Assembly: GCA_950097015.1 (NCBI GenBank)
Contig: CATNEN010000003.1
Location: forward strand, 5,146,001-5,210,000
Length of the DNA: 64,000 nucleotides
Direction of reading: 5' to 3'
Origin: Macrostomum hystrix
Lineage: Eukaryota > Animalia > Platyhelminthes
Below, one piece after another: positions 1 to 12,745 of the stretch. A model generated the notes under the pieces. It did no database searches and had not been told where the DNA came from. It saw only the letters and a program-made list of their open reading frames with translations. Within the stretch, counting starts at the first letter, position 1; each line of letters opens with the position of its first letter. The translations under genes and the position numbers were made by a program.

Positions 1-3000
1 GAACACCGAGATTGGCCAGCTGAGGTCTCGCATAGCCGAGTTAGAGGCTCGGGACACAGCCAATCAGCGTGAGCTCATGTCCAGTCGCGACGACGCCGAG
101 CGACTGCACGCCCGATTGAAATCGCTCAGCGCCGAACGAGACGAAGCCATTGAAGAGCGCGATCGTCTGCTCGACCAGCTGTCGGCTAGGCGAAGTCCCC
201 GATCGCCGCCTCACGGAGCCGAGACGGAGCAGTCCGCCGCCACCGGTCGTCGGATGACACCAACTGGGGAAGTTGAATCGAGGGCGACAATCGGTCTAGC
301 CCAAGCCAGGCCTGGCGACGTCGTGGACGCGTCTTCGATTGGCGGAAAGACTATCGAAAAAGAATTCGGCTTTGCCGCTGTCGATGCTCAAACTGAGGGC
401 GCTCTGCCAGACAATGTTCAGGTTAATTATTGGATTTGTTTTATCTGTTTTTTCCCCATGTTTTCTGTTTTATCCTTTTTTCCATGAGATCCTCAGGTAG
501 ATCTCCTGTCTTCCATGAGATCCTCAGGTAGATCACCTGTCTTCCATGAGATCCTCAGGTAGATCACCTGTCTTCCATGAGATCCTCGGGTAGATCTCCT
601 GTCTTCCATGAGATCCTCAGGTAGATCACCTGTCTTCCATGAGATCCTCAGGTAGATCACCTGTCTTCCATGAGATCCTCGGGTAGATCTCCTGTCTTCC
701 ATGAGATCCTCAGGTAGATCTGCTGTCTTCCATGAGATCCTCAGGTAGATCTCACTGTCTTCCATGAGATCTTCGGGTAGATCTCCTGTCTTCCATGAGA
801 TCCTCAGGTAGATCTCCTGTCTTCCATGAGATCCTCAGGTAGATCTCCTGTCTTCCATGAGATCCTCGGGTAGATCTCCTGTCTTCCATGAGATCCTCAG
901 GTAGATCTCCTGTCTTCCATGAGATCCTCAGGTAGATCACCTGTCTTCCATGAGATCCTCAGGTAGATCACCTGTCTTCCATGAGATCCTCGGGTAGATC
1001 TCCTGTCTTCCATGAGATCCTCAGGTAGATCTGCTGTCTTCCATGAGATCCTCGGGTAGATCTCCTGTCTTCCATGAGATCCTCAGGTAGATCTCCTGTC
1101 TTCCATGAGATCCTCAGGTAGATCTCCTGTCTTCCATGAGATCCTCGGGTAGATCTCCTGTCTTCCATGAGATCCTCAGGTAGATCTGCTGTCTTTAATG
1201 AGATCCTCAGGTAGATCTACTGTCTGTCATGAGATCCTATGGTAAACATCCTATCTTCCTTATATCCCTAAATCGGTCTACTAACTCGTATCTTCATAGA
1301 TTGTTTTGTCGATCAGTGTGATGATTCGCCAGCATTTTCAAATCCTCATATTAGCTTATCATTTTTATCATTCCAGTCTCTTTTGCGTAGAGCCTCTGAT
1401 GCCGGTCTTCAACTAATTAGCATCAGTCAGCAGCATCATCATCATCACAAGCATCATCACCAGCAGCATCAGCAGCAGCATCAGCAGCCATGGGAGCAGT
1501 CAGCTGACGATCATCATGAAGCTTATCGCTATCATCAGAACCGTCTGCTAGCTGCATGGAGAGCGGAGAAGGACGCCCTTCTGGCAACCATCGACGCACT
1601 AAAAGAGGCCCTGGCAACTGCCACCAAGGCCAGAACAGACGGCGACGGTCACGAAGGCGTCGACAGCGCCGGTGGATTAGAATCCTCCAGCGGCGATCGA
1701 TGGTGCGATTATCACTTCGATAGCAGCGCCTGGCGGGAGAGCCTTCTGGCCTGCGTTGAGCGCCTATTCGCCGAGGAGCGAGTCGCTGCCCTGGCCAACG
1801 CCCGGGCGCATCGACTGCTGGCCACGGAGCCGGAGGTGGCTGCTGAGCAGGCTGTGCGAGCTTCCGCGGCCGATTCGGCCAGGCTTGAACAACTGGCCAT
1901 GGATCAGCGGGTGGGACTGGATCGGCTGCATCAGGTGAGCCGCGCTTAAACTGCCGCCCGCTTGACGTTGAAATCTTCCATTTGACCTTGGAGTCTTCCA
2001 TTTGACCTTGGAATCTTCCATTTGACCTTGGAACCTTCCATTTGACCTTGGAACCTTCCATTTGACCTTGGAGTCTTCCATTTGACCTTGGAACCTTCCA
2101 TTTGACCTTGGAGTCTTCTATTTGACCTTGGAATCTTCCATTTGACTTTACGAGTAGAATATTCCATTTGAGCTTGGAATCCTCCATTTGACCTTGGATC
2201 TTTGATCTTTTTCATCTTAAATATTCTATTCGACCTTAAAATATTATGTCTGACCTTTAAATCATCTACCTGACCTTGCCATCTTCCATTTGACCTTGAA
2301 GTCTTCTGTTTGACCTTGAAATAATCTATTTGTCCTTGAAATCCTCCAATTAACTTTGAAATCTTCAATTTGACTTTAAATATTTTTTTCGATTTAAAAA
2401 TAATCGACATGACCTTAAAAGAAACATTTTCTAATTGACCTTGAGTACTCTACATAACATTGGAATCTTTTTGGAGCTTGAAATATTCTCTTTGACCTTA
2501 AAATCCTTTTGACCTTGAAATATTTTATCTGGCGTTGAAATCATCAACCTGACCTTAAATTTTATTATTATACTTTTAAATATTCTACCTCACTTTAAAA
2601 TCCTCCCATCAACCATAAAATATTTGACCTTGGATCCTTACTATGGAAGGCATCCCTGTAAGCTTAAAGCATTCCATTTATGAACTTACAAGCCTTATCC
2701 TCCACGATCCCTTTTTCGCACCAAGGCCGACCGCCAGGCCCTGCTAGAAGAGTCGCGCCGTCTCCGGCGTCGTCTAGCCGAAGCTGAACGTGGCGCCGAT
2801 ACGCGCCGCAGCGAGGAGGCCCAACTAGCGCTCCGATTGGACGCGGTCTCGCGTCGGGCCGGCCAATCAGATTCGGCCGCTGCAGAATTAGCCGCCGCTT
2901 TAGATAAGGAGCGGCGCAGACTGGCCGAATCCGAAGCCAGGGTTGAACGAGCCGGCGCTGAAGTTGAACGTCTTCGTCTGCTCATTGTCAGCCGCGAGGC

Positions 3001-6000
3001 TGAGACCGACAGACTCAAGGAGGACTTGCGAATGGAACAGAGCTCATGCGCCACTCTCAGGTGAGGTCTATTGAGGGCTGTCCCAGCCTGGAATCTTAAG
3101 GTCTAGCTCAAGTTTCTGTTTAGTTTTGAAAGTTTCGGTTTTTTGTTCTTCTAAGGTGTTATAAATCTAATAGGGTGTTCTAATCGGGTGTTCTAACCGG
3201 GTGTTCTAACAGGGTGTTCTAATAGGGTGTTTTAACAGGGTGTTCTAAAATAGGGTGTTCTAATCGGGTGTTCTAATCGGGTGTTCTAATCGGGTGTTTT
3301 AATCGGGTGTTCTAACAGAGTGTTCTAATAGGGTGTTTTAACAGGGTGTTCTAAAATAGGGTGTTCTAATCGGGTTTTCTAAAAGGGTGTTTTAATAAGG
3401 TGTTCTAATCGGGTGTTCTAATAGGGTGTTATAACAGGGTGTTCTAATCGGGTGTTCTAATAGGGTGTTATAACAGGGTGTTCTAATAGGGTGTTCTAAT
3501 CAGGTGTTCTAACAGGTTGTTTTAACAGGGTGTTCTAATAGGGTGTTCTAACAGGTTGTTTTAACAGGGTGTTCTAATCGGGTGTTCTAATCGGGTGTTC
3601 TAATCGGGTTTTCTAAAAGGGTGTTTTAATAAGGTGTTCTAATCGGGTGTTCTAATAGGGTGTTATAACAGGGTGTTCTAATCGGGTGTTCTAATAGGGT
3701 GTTATAACAGGGTGTTCTAGTAGGGTGTTCTAATCAGGTGTTCTAACAGGTTGTTTTAACAGGGTGTTCTAATAGGGTGTTCTAACAGGTTGTTTTAACA
3801 GGGTGTTCTAATAGGGTGTTTTAACAGGGTGTTCTAATAGGGTGTTCTAACAGGTTGTTTTAACAGGGTGTTTTAACAGGGTATTCTAACAGGGTGTTCT
3901 GATCGGGTGTTCTAATAGAGTGTTCTAACAAGGTGTTTAAACAGCGTATTCTGCCAGGGTGTTCTATTATATTTTTATAATAGAATTGATATATTTTTCT
4001 AACTGTGTGATCTAACAAAAAATTCTTGGCGTAAAGTTACAGTTCTTTCACTCTGTTCTACGTGTGCCTTCTTATATTAACGTTTCATTAGCTAGCTTAG
4101 TTTTTTAATTAAAAAAAAGCTTAGCGCAATTTTGTTATTTACCTGTCGACAATACGAATTCTCTACTATTTTGCACTGTTTCATTGCTGTAAACGTAATG
4201 AAAGTACATTTAGTACCTGTAGTTATATTGTGAAAAATTCTCCATTTTAAACACCATATTTATTTAATGTTTGTCAACTCTTCAGTCTGACAGTTCGCGA
4301 TCTACTGTAAGTAGTCTGAGCGAGTATGCTTATTATAATTTATTCGCGCTCACACGTAGCTGCTCGCGCGCTCATAATTTCTCGTGTGTTAGCTAATCTG
4401 TGTCACACAATGGCCATGACTTTTATTGAATGCGCAAGCTTACAGTAGAAAGCATGCAGAACAAGTATAGAAAGTGTGTTTTATTGTATTAGTTGAATTG
4501 CTTTTTGTGCTTACTTATTTTTACAGTAAGTTTCGCTTAGTATCATATTTACTAATCACATAAAAAGTGAAAATAACCTGTTCATAATTACCATCACAAA
4601 GCGAGCCACCCAGTAGTTAAATAGTGTTTTCTTTACTTACAGGAAAATGCTAATTATACTACTGCTAATTGATTTTTGTAAGTAGTGTTTGTGCGCATTT
4701 TGTATAATTACAATGTTTCTATTATTTTTTGTCTAGGGACGCCCTGGAGCAAGAGCAGCAGGGCAATTTGCGTCTGAAATCAGCGCTAGATAGTCGCTCA
4801 GAGGAATTGCAACGTCTCGCAGCGGACCTAGAATTGACGCGTTCAAATCTCCGACATTCGACTGCCAGTTTCGACGCTAATGGCGGCAGTGCTCAGGTTA
4901 GTGTCTGAAATTGCTTAGGACTCACCCGTTGAAGGTCGAGGGTTCGATTCTTGACTCCACTGAAACCATTTGTTTAATTTAGCAAGATACTTCACTCTGC
5001 ATTGTTTCAGTTCACCCAGTTGTTAAATGAGTACCAGCATTAGCTGGGGTAATTGAGGGGGGGTGTGTCGTCCCCAGTCCATGGCTGTGGCTGTGCTGTC
5101 GGCTGCACATCTGGCCTGATTGGGGCATGTGTAATCAATTATTAGTATTAAATTTACTAATTGTCATATGATTAATTGCGAAAAATTACTTCTCTGAAAA
5201 TCCACCTCTCACTCTCCGCGTTCCTCTTCTCCTTCTCTCTCCCTGTCTCACTACCCATTTTCCTTTCAAACTCTCTCCCTCTCTCCCTCTCTCCTTCTCT
5301 CCCTCTCCTTCTCTCCCTCTCATTCTCTCCCTCTCTCCCTCTCATTCTCTCCCTCTCTCCCTCTCTCCCTCTCCTTCTCTCCCTCTCTCCCTCTCATTCT
5401 CTCCCTCTCATTCTCTCCCTCTCTCCCTCTCATTCTCTCCCTCTCTCCCTCTCTCCCTCTCCTTCTCTCCCTCTCTCCCTCTCATTCTCTCCCTCTCTCC
5501 CTCTCTCCCTCTCATTCTCTCCCTCTCATTCTCTCCCTCTCTCCCTCTCATTCTCTCCCTCTCTCCCTCTCATTCTCTCCCTCTCTCCCTCTCATTCTCT
5601 CCCTCTCTCCCTCTCATTCTCTCCCTCTCTCCCTCTCATTCTCTCCCTCTCTCCCTCTCATTCTCTCCTAGCTCTCTCCCTCTCATTCTCTCCCTCTCTC
5701 CCTCTCTCCCTCTCATTCTCTCCCTCTCATTCTCTCCCTCTCTCCCTCTCTCCCTCTCATTCTCTCCCTCTCATTCTCTCCCTCTCTCCCTCTCTCCCTC
5801 TCATTCTCTCCCTCTCCCTCTCATTCTCTCCCTCTCCCTCTCATTCTCTCCCTCTCATTCTCTCCCTCTCCCTCTCATTCTCTCCCTCTCCCTCTCATTC
5901 TCTCCCTCTCATTCTCTCCCTCTCCCTCTCATTCTCTCCCTCTCATTCTCTCCCTCTCCCTCTCATTCTCTCCCTCTCATTCTCTCCCTCTCCCTCTCAT

Positions 6001-9000
6001 TCTCTCCCTCTCATTCTCTCCCTCTCCCTCTCATTCTCTCCCTCTCATTCTCTCCCTCTCCCTCTCATTCTCTCCCTCTCATTCTCTCCTAGCTCTCTCC
6101 CTCTCATTCTCTCCCTCTCTCCCTCTCTCCCTCTCATTCTCTCCCTCTTTCCCTCTCATTCTCTCTCTCTCTCTCCCTCTCTCCCTCTCTCCTTCTCTCC
6201 CTCTCTCCTTCTCTCCCTCTCTCTCCTTCTCTCCTTCTCTCCCTCTCCTTCTCTCCCTCTCTCCCTCTCATTCTCTCCCTCTCTCCCTCTCTCCCTCTCA
6301 TTCTCTCCCTCTCTCCCTCTCTCCCTCTCATTCTCTCCCTCTCATTCTCTCCCTCTCTCCCTCTCATTCTCTCCCTCTCTCCCTCTCTCCCTCTCCTTCT
6401 CTCCGCTCTCTCTCTCCCTCTCTCCCTCTCTCCTTCTCTCCCTCTCTCCTTCTCTCTCTCCCTCTCCTTCTCTCCCTCTCTCCCTCTCACTCTTTCACTC
6501 TAAGTTTTCCTCTCCATCTCCGTCTCTATCCGCATAGTATTTTACCCTCCTCAGAGCACTATTATGTAAAAAAATGAATTTAATAAATTGATTTTTCGAT
6601 AGTTTAAATATGCCGACCGCCTCGCCTCATCACACTCGCAGAATCTTCGCTCAGTCCTTGATTCGGAACGTCAGAAGCTTCAAGAGTGCCGTTCAATCTT
6701 AGAGGCCGAACGAATCAAACTGGCCAGCGTCAGCAGGCAGTCCGAGGTGCACAAGCGGCATCGTCAGCGAGCTGAACAAGAAGTCGAACGACTGCGCGAC
6801 GCTTTGGACCGCGGCGAGCATCAGATCGGCGAGATTCGACTTGTTCTACAACGCGAACGCGCCACCTCGCAGAGTCTGACAGAGTCGCTGGAATCCGAGC
6901 GTCAACGAGTTCGAGAAATTTGGCTTCGCTGCGCCAGGCTTGAATCCGAGATCGGAAGTTTCAAACAGCGAGCCGACAGGGCCGACGAACAGAGATTGGC
7001 GGCCGAGAAGAAATTAGCCCAGGTGGAAGCTCGCCTTCATCAATTAGCCAGTCAACAAAGAGTTCAGGTTAGATATTTTTCAGCTACTAGTGCCGCCAAT
7101 TATCCGACTATGTGGCCACACGATTGTCGCTATCATGATCGAGACGATTGCTTAGATGATTAGATTCAGTACCTGTTTATTGGTAGTTTGATTACCTGTT
7201 TATTGGTAGTTTGATTACCTGTTTATTGGTAGTTTGAGTACCTGTTTATTGGTAGTTGAGTACCTGTTAATTGGTAGTTTGAGTACCTGTTTATTGGTAG
7301 TTTGAGTACCTGTTTATTGGTAGTTTGAGTACCTGTTTATTGGTAGTTTGAGTACCTGTTTATTGGTAGTTTGAGTACCTGTTAATTGGTAGTTTGAGTA
7401 CCTGTTTATTGGTAGTTTGAGTACCTGTTTATTGGTAGTTTGAGTACCTGTTAATTGGTAGTTTGAGTACCTGTTAATAGGTAGTTTGAGTACCTGTTAA
7501 TTGGTAGTTTGAGTACCTGTTTATTGGTAGTTTGAGTACCTGTTTATTGGTAGTTTGAGTACCTGTTAATTGGTAGTTTGAGTACCTGTTAATTGGTAGT
7601 TTGAGTACCTGTTTATTGGTAGTTTGAGTACCTGTTTATTGGTAGTTTGAGTACCTGTTAATTGGTAGTTTGAGTACCTGTTAATTGGTAGTTTGAGTAC
7701 CTGTTAATTGGTAGTTTGAGTACCTGTTAATTGGTAGTTTGAGTTCCTGTTAATTGGTAGTTTGAGTACCTGTTTATTGGTAGTTTGAGTACCTGTTTAT
7801 TGGTAGTTTGAGTACCTGTTAATTGGTAGTTTGAGTACCTGTTAATTGGTAGTTTGAGTACCTGTTAATTGGTAGTTTGAGTACCTGTTTATTGGTAGTT
7901 TGAGTACCTGTTTATTGGTAGTTTGAGTACCTGTTTATTGGTAGTTTGATTACCTGTTTATTGGTAGTTTGAGTACCTGTTTATTGGTAGTTTGAGTACC
8001 TGTTTATTGGTAGTTTGAGTACCTGTTTATTGGAAGTTTGAGTACCTGTTTATTGGTAGTTTGAGTACCTGTTTATTGGTAGTTTGATTACCTGTTTATT
8101 GGTAGTTTGAGTACCTGTTTATTGGTAGTTTGAGTACCTGTTTATTGGTAGTTTGAGTACCTGTTTATTGGTAGTTTGAGTAGCTGTTTATTGGTAGTTT
8201 GAGTACCTGTTGATTGATAGTTTGAGTACCTGTTTATTGGTAGTTTGAGTAGCTGTTTATTGGTAGTTTGAGTACCTGTTGATTGATAGTTTGAGTACCT
8301 GTTTATTGGTAATTTGAGTAGCTGTTTATTGCTAGATTTAGCACGTTTTTATTGGTAGTTTTGGTTTTTGTACTTCTAGTGTATTGGTAGTTGATGATTA
8401 CCAATTTTACAGGTAATTAAATAGCTAATTCTTTATAACAATCCTGCTCACGTTGCTGTTTATCCAGTCCATCTCCTTTTTTATTTGCAAAGATTATTTG
8501 CAGTTAATTTGTGTCTCGAATCAAAGTGTTCTGTGTATATCATTTCTTGTAAATTCGACTGTACAATTGTAAATAATCTCATATTTGTACCTTATTCATG
8601 CGTTTCATAATTTATTTTCGCATTCCTGATTAATTTTATAATCTCGACTTACTACTGATTCTACTGTGAGTAAGTATGTGAGGATATTGGTGAAGTTAGA
8701 TGAAAATATGTGACAATTCGACAATTATGGTAAAATCAAAGTAAGAAAATGCAAGCTTTTAAGTTGATTTCTATCGTGATTCAAACAATCAAAATTATAT
8801 TTATTAGCACTTAATTTTTTTCTCAAATTTCATCATATTTTCACCAATCTAACAGGAACAGTAGGTATAACATTGATAAATAAAAGTTTATTGATGATAG
8901 TTTAATATTTAGCTTTACTAATTATACATTACACACAACTTACGGTGGGTTTGCAGCCTAGTTCTGAGAACATCGGACTCACGATCTAAAGGTCGGGGGT

Positions 9001-10804
9001 TCGATTCTTGACTCCACTGGAAAAAATTAGTCCTTTAGGGAGAATTTTAACTTCTGAATTGCTTCAATTCATCCAGCATATTAGAGGGTGGGTGTGGCAT
9101 CACTCCAGTCCATGGACTGAGCAGTCTTACACAGTTTTTAGATTCACTGAGCTATTATTCCGGCTGTGCTGTTGGCTGTAGGCAAAGTGAAAATCTGTAG
9201 GAACTGGGATGATTATGTTTAAAATGGGATTTTTTTTATGCGGCACATCTGACTCGGTTGCGACTGGTGTAATGACATAATTTATTCTTGCTAGAAATGT
9301 ACAACATTGAAGGTCACAGTTTTGTATTTTTATTTCACAATTTATCCGTGAGTTCTCTTTTCAAATCGTCACGTCTCACCATCTTTACATTCATACGATA
9401 TGTATCGAAAAATGCAAAACTCTTTGGGCACTATTGCTCACATTTCTAATTTGTTCTCATCCGCAGTCGTCGAATCCGGCCACGCCGCCGACTGTCAGTC
9501 GAATTCGGGCAACTCTGGCGTCGTCTAGAGCCGCTGGTGGCGATGTCGGCTGCAGCAGTCCGAGTCTGTTGGACGAAAGTTTTCGCGATTTGGCTCATTC
9601 TTTGCAACGAATCAACGCCGGCGACGATGATCACGGACGATTGGCTGCCAGATTAATCGAGCAGAATCGGCAGCTGCAGGTTAAATTCAAGGGATATTTC
9701 TCCTTTCGAGGGGGATAAGTTTAGCGTATTCAGGAACCGTGCAATATGAGAAGTCTTTTTAGAGTGGGATAATTCTATATGGAATGGGATAATTCTATAT
9801 GGAATGGGATAATTCTGTATGGAATGGGATAATTCTATATGGAATGGGATAATTCTATATGGAATGGGATAATTCTATATGGAATGGGATAATTCTATAT
9901 GGAATGGGATAATTCTATATGGAATGGGATAATTCTATATGGAATGGGATAATTCTATATGGAATGGGATAATTCTATATGGAATGGGATAATTCTATAT
10001 GGAATGGGATAATTCTATATGGAGTGGGATAATTCTATATGGAATGGGATAATTCTATATGGAATGGGATAATTCTATATGGAATGGGATAATTCTATAT
10101 GGAATGGGAAAATTCAAATGGGAATTATGGCAGCTCTGTAAATATGGGATCATTTAGTGTTAAACGGTTGATTCTTTAGTTAATGGGATATTGTTACGGG
10201 AAATAGGAAAATTTTATTTAAGAGAATTGGGATAATTTTTTGGGGAATCGGATAATTTTCGGCAAGCGGGATGATTCTTCGGAAAATGAGATAGTTTTAT
10301 GGAAAATTGGACAACTTTGAAGAGATGGGATAATTCTGTGAAAATGGGAGTTTTCTGTCAGGTCAATTTACCTAAAATTATTATATAACTACCTGCCGTA
10401 CAATTTTTTTCCTAAAGGAACGATTGCGTCGCTCAGACGAAGACCTGCGTCAACGCACAGAGCGGCTGCACAGCCCGGCCTCGACGCCTCATCAGCAACG
10501 GCAGCAGCAGCACCACCAGCTGCAGCAGTCGCCCCAGCAACAAGTCTACTATGCTAAATATCTGCGCGCTGAGAAACATCGTCGGGATCTAGTCTACCAG
10601 AAGGAGTACCTCCGGCTGCTGCTTAGCCGCTACAGTCAAACTGGACTGGTTGTCGACCGTTTCAGCGACTATCCAGACGTGCGACTGTCTCGGCGCCAGA
10701 TATCTCGATTCCGTTCCGCCGCCTACACTGTCATGGCCGCTTGGCGAATCAGAACTCTTGCTAGGCGATGGCGGAAGGCGTCTGGCTCGACGATGATTGG
10801 ATGA
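1..10804 (+). CDS. Pericentrin/AKAP9-like coiled-coil centrosomal protein with C-terminal PACT domain (5'-partial, 7 exons in window)
   Basis: Phase-consistent GT-AG exons: <1-421, 1377-1934, 2726-3060, 4737-4896, 6603-7067, 9467-9679, 10418-10804 (stop TGA); ~845 aa of heptad-rich coiled coil. Last exon YYAKYLRAEKHRRDLVYQKEYLRLLL...SRFRSAAYTVMAAWRIRTLARRW matches the PACT motif of pericentrin/AKAP9/PLP. The acceptor at 6603 could alternatively be the in-frame AG ending at 6641. Confidence 0.88.
481..1240. repeat. 31-bp minisatellite (TCCATGAGATCCTCAGGTAGATCTCCTGTCT), ~24 copies, intronic
   Basis: Direct tandem periodicity of 31. Confidence 0.95.
1969..2560. repeat. 20-bp minisatellite (CCATTTGACCTTGGAATCTT), decaying 3'-ward
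   Basis: Homogeneous to ~2140, then degenerate TGACCTT cores. Confidence 0.9.
3169..3965. repeat. 13-bp minisatellite (AATAGGGTGTTCT)
   Basis: Direct tandem periodicity. Confidence 0.95.
4915..5135 (+). mobile_element. SINE family B, 5'-truncated with internal deletion
   Basis: gaaggtcgagggttcgattc...agcaagatacttc...ttcagttcacccag...ccccagtccatgg...gctgtgctgtcggctgcacatctggcc matches the 32847 copy. Confidence 0.78.
5260..6490. repeat. CT-rich polypyrimidine array (CTCTCCCT / CTCATT variants)
   Basis: ~1.2 kb, almost only C/T; the source of spurious ORFs 5176-6537 and 6134-6490. Confidence 0.95.
7168..8390. repeat. 23-bp minisatellite (GAGTACCTGTTTATTGGTAGTTT)
   Basis: Direct tandem periodicity of 23. 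Confidence 0.95.
8945..9272 (+). mobile_element. SINE family B, diverged copy with an insertion
   Basis: gcagcctagt...aaggtcgggggttcgattcttgactccactg...ccagtccatggactga...ggctgtgctgttggctg...gcacatctg. Confidence 0.7.
9762..10120. repeat. 20-bp minisatellite (GGAATGGGATAATTCTATAT), with a degenerate tail to ~10350
   Basis: Near-perfect copies followed by decayed GGGATAATT cores. Confidence 0.95.
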
Positions 10805-11440
10805 GACTCTTGAGAAGAACCAGGGGCGAGAATTGAAAAAGAAATATTATCTATTTTTTCTTTGTCATATTCTTTGTTTTAATCTATACTAGACATTTCA
10901 CTAGCTTTCCTGTACGCTTTTTCTCAGTTTCTTAATTCAGCCCTGTACATTGTGTCAATTTATTTGTCTTTTTCATACAAATTCGTTTTTTGTGATTGTG
11001 TAACGTAATTTCTATTCTTTATTATTCTGTTTTCATTTATTTTGTTTCATAAATTATAGCGTCTATGTTCGATCAGTGTTACTGATTTCTATTCTAGTGA
11101 GTACTATATGTTGGTGTTATTATTGTCACATTTATTATTTACAAAATTAGAGCCTGCAGTCTGTGACTAGAAATGGCACTATTATTAAAGAAATCACTTA
11201 AAAATATTGAATATTAAGGTGGCATACCTCTGTGAATTTAATTTTGCGGCAGTGAAAGATGTTATTGATCTCATTATTGCTTGCTAGCAATTGTCACTTC
11301 TTTTTTGCAAATACACTTAGTCAACGAATATTTATATAAATAGCGTGTATTTTCTGTATATTTTTGCCTATCTGTGCGCACTGCTTGATGATAAAATACA
11401 GAAGTCCTGTACTTAATAATAATAATAATGATAATACTCG

Positions 11441-11622
11441 TATTATTATTATTATTATCAAATTTCTCAATGACTAAAAGCTTGATTGTGCTTTCATTAA
11501 CTTACTAGCAGCAGTCGTAACACTAAGTAATGTTGGTGACAGGACACATTTTTTGTAACACCTAGTGCCATTCGAACTATGGACCTTTCAGTCAGAAATC
11601 CTCAGCTCTACCAAGTAGCTCG
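11441..11622 (-). mobile_element. Possible third tRNA-derived SINE (family C) with (TAA)n tail
   Basis: Minus strand reads gctacttggtagagctgaggatttctgactgaaaggtccatagttcgaatggc, a tRNA-like head with A/B boxes, and ends in an (ATA)n run. Only one copy is seen; 54690-54752 is a similar head fragment. Confidence 0.45.
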
Positions 11623-12745
11623 TAACTCGTTAGTTAACGAATCTCAAGTAATTAAGTATAAAATAATACCCACTTGATTTCGTTTCTTTGGCCTAGGAAC
11701 GGCTGAGGACGTTCTAGGCCATAGACTAGACAACGATTTTGAGTGGGGATTATAATATTTAATTGCCGCACGGCTCGGCCCAGTGATTCTGCCATAGACA
11801 ATTATTTCTTGGCCTCCAAGAAACGCCTGAGTGGGAGTCTCAACTAAATGGAAAGAATGGTTTTTTAGCCATAGACAATTATTTCTTAGAGTCCAAGAAA
11901 TGAAAATACACTTAGGAGATAGGCAGCTGGTCGAGGCCAAAGCGGGGATTAAATTGTCACTGCTATAAAACAATTTCATCCATAGACAAAATGACTTTAT
12001 TCCTAGTTTCTCTGTCTATAAATGGCGAAAAACTAAATGGAATCATGCTTTATCCATGGCTTTTGCAGATGCAATATAAGCTTTGCTAAGTAGTAGTAAC
12101 CGAACCGTTCTGCCTTTGATGGCCAACAATAATTAAAAACTCTTAATTCAAGGCCAATGCAAACATTTTTGCATTCATTACTTTTCCTATTTTTTAATTT
12201 CTTGCATATTTTATATATTCTTTTGTGGAATTTTTCATGCCAAGTTTTTTCTGATCGAAAGAATTAGCGTTTCCACTTGCTCACACTTCTACTTACAGTA
12301 ATCTGGTTGCAATTTATCAGTAGTAGTTCTCGGATTTAATCTGTTAATTTTCCCAGTTTAAACGGTTCTTTGTTAGCTCTTATCTCACTGGTAGCTTTTG
12401 CAAATAGCATTGCTTGTTTGCTAGTGTCTTTTATTATTCTTTTTTTCTTAAACTTTCAACAACCGTTTATATTGTCAGCAACGGAGTAAAAAAAGCACAC
12501 GAACAGATTTTTCAACTTATTTGAAGGCATATTTTATTTATTTTTTATCACAGTTTTTTCTTTCTATCGAACACAGTACAGTTCAAAAGTCTAGTGCAAT
12601 CTGTTAAAATTCGCACTAAAATTAGAGTTTATTGGTCAGTTTTTTAAAGTTTGTCACAAAAATGCTAACCGATTCTTACTCGTTTATTTAATTTATAAGT
12701 AGAAAAGAACTAACGAAAATGATTAAATTAGTAACTATTTCAGTG

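Noticed and set aside
493-1168. Repetitive ORFs (MEDRRSTRGSHGRQ...) and similar ones at 1423-2410, 16374-16933, 27252-27536, 34719-35046, 44492-45349, 62298-63389
   Set aside because: They are translations of intronic or intergenic minisatellites, often open in several frames, and most lie inside introns defined by phase-consistent genes.
5176-6537. 453-aa Ser/Leu/Pro ORF, plus 29999-31480, 30046-31356, 31736-32350 and 50846-51884
   Set aside because: Low-complexity arrays that lack stop codons by composition; non-ATG starts and no domain.
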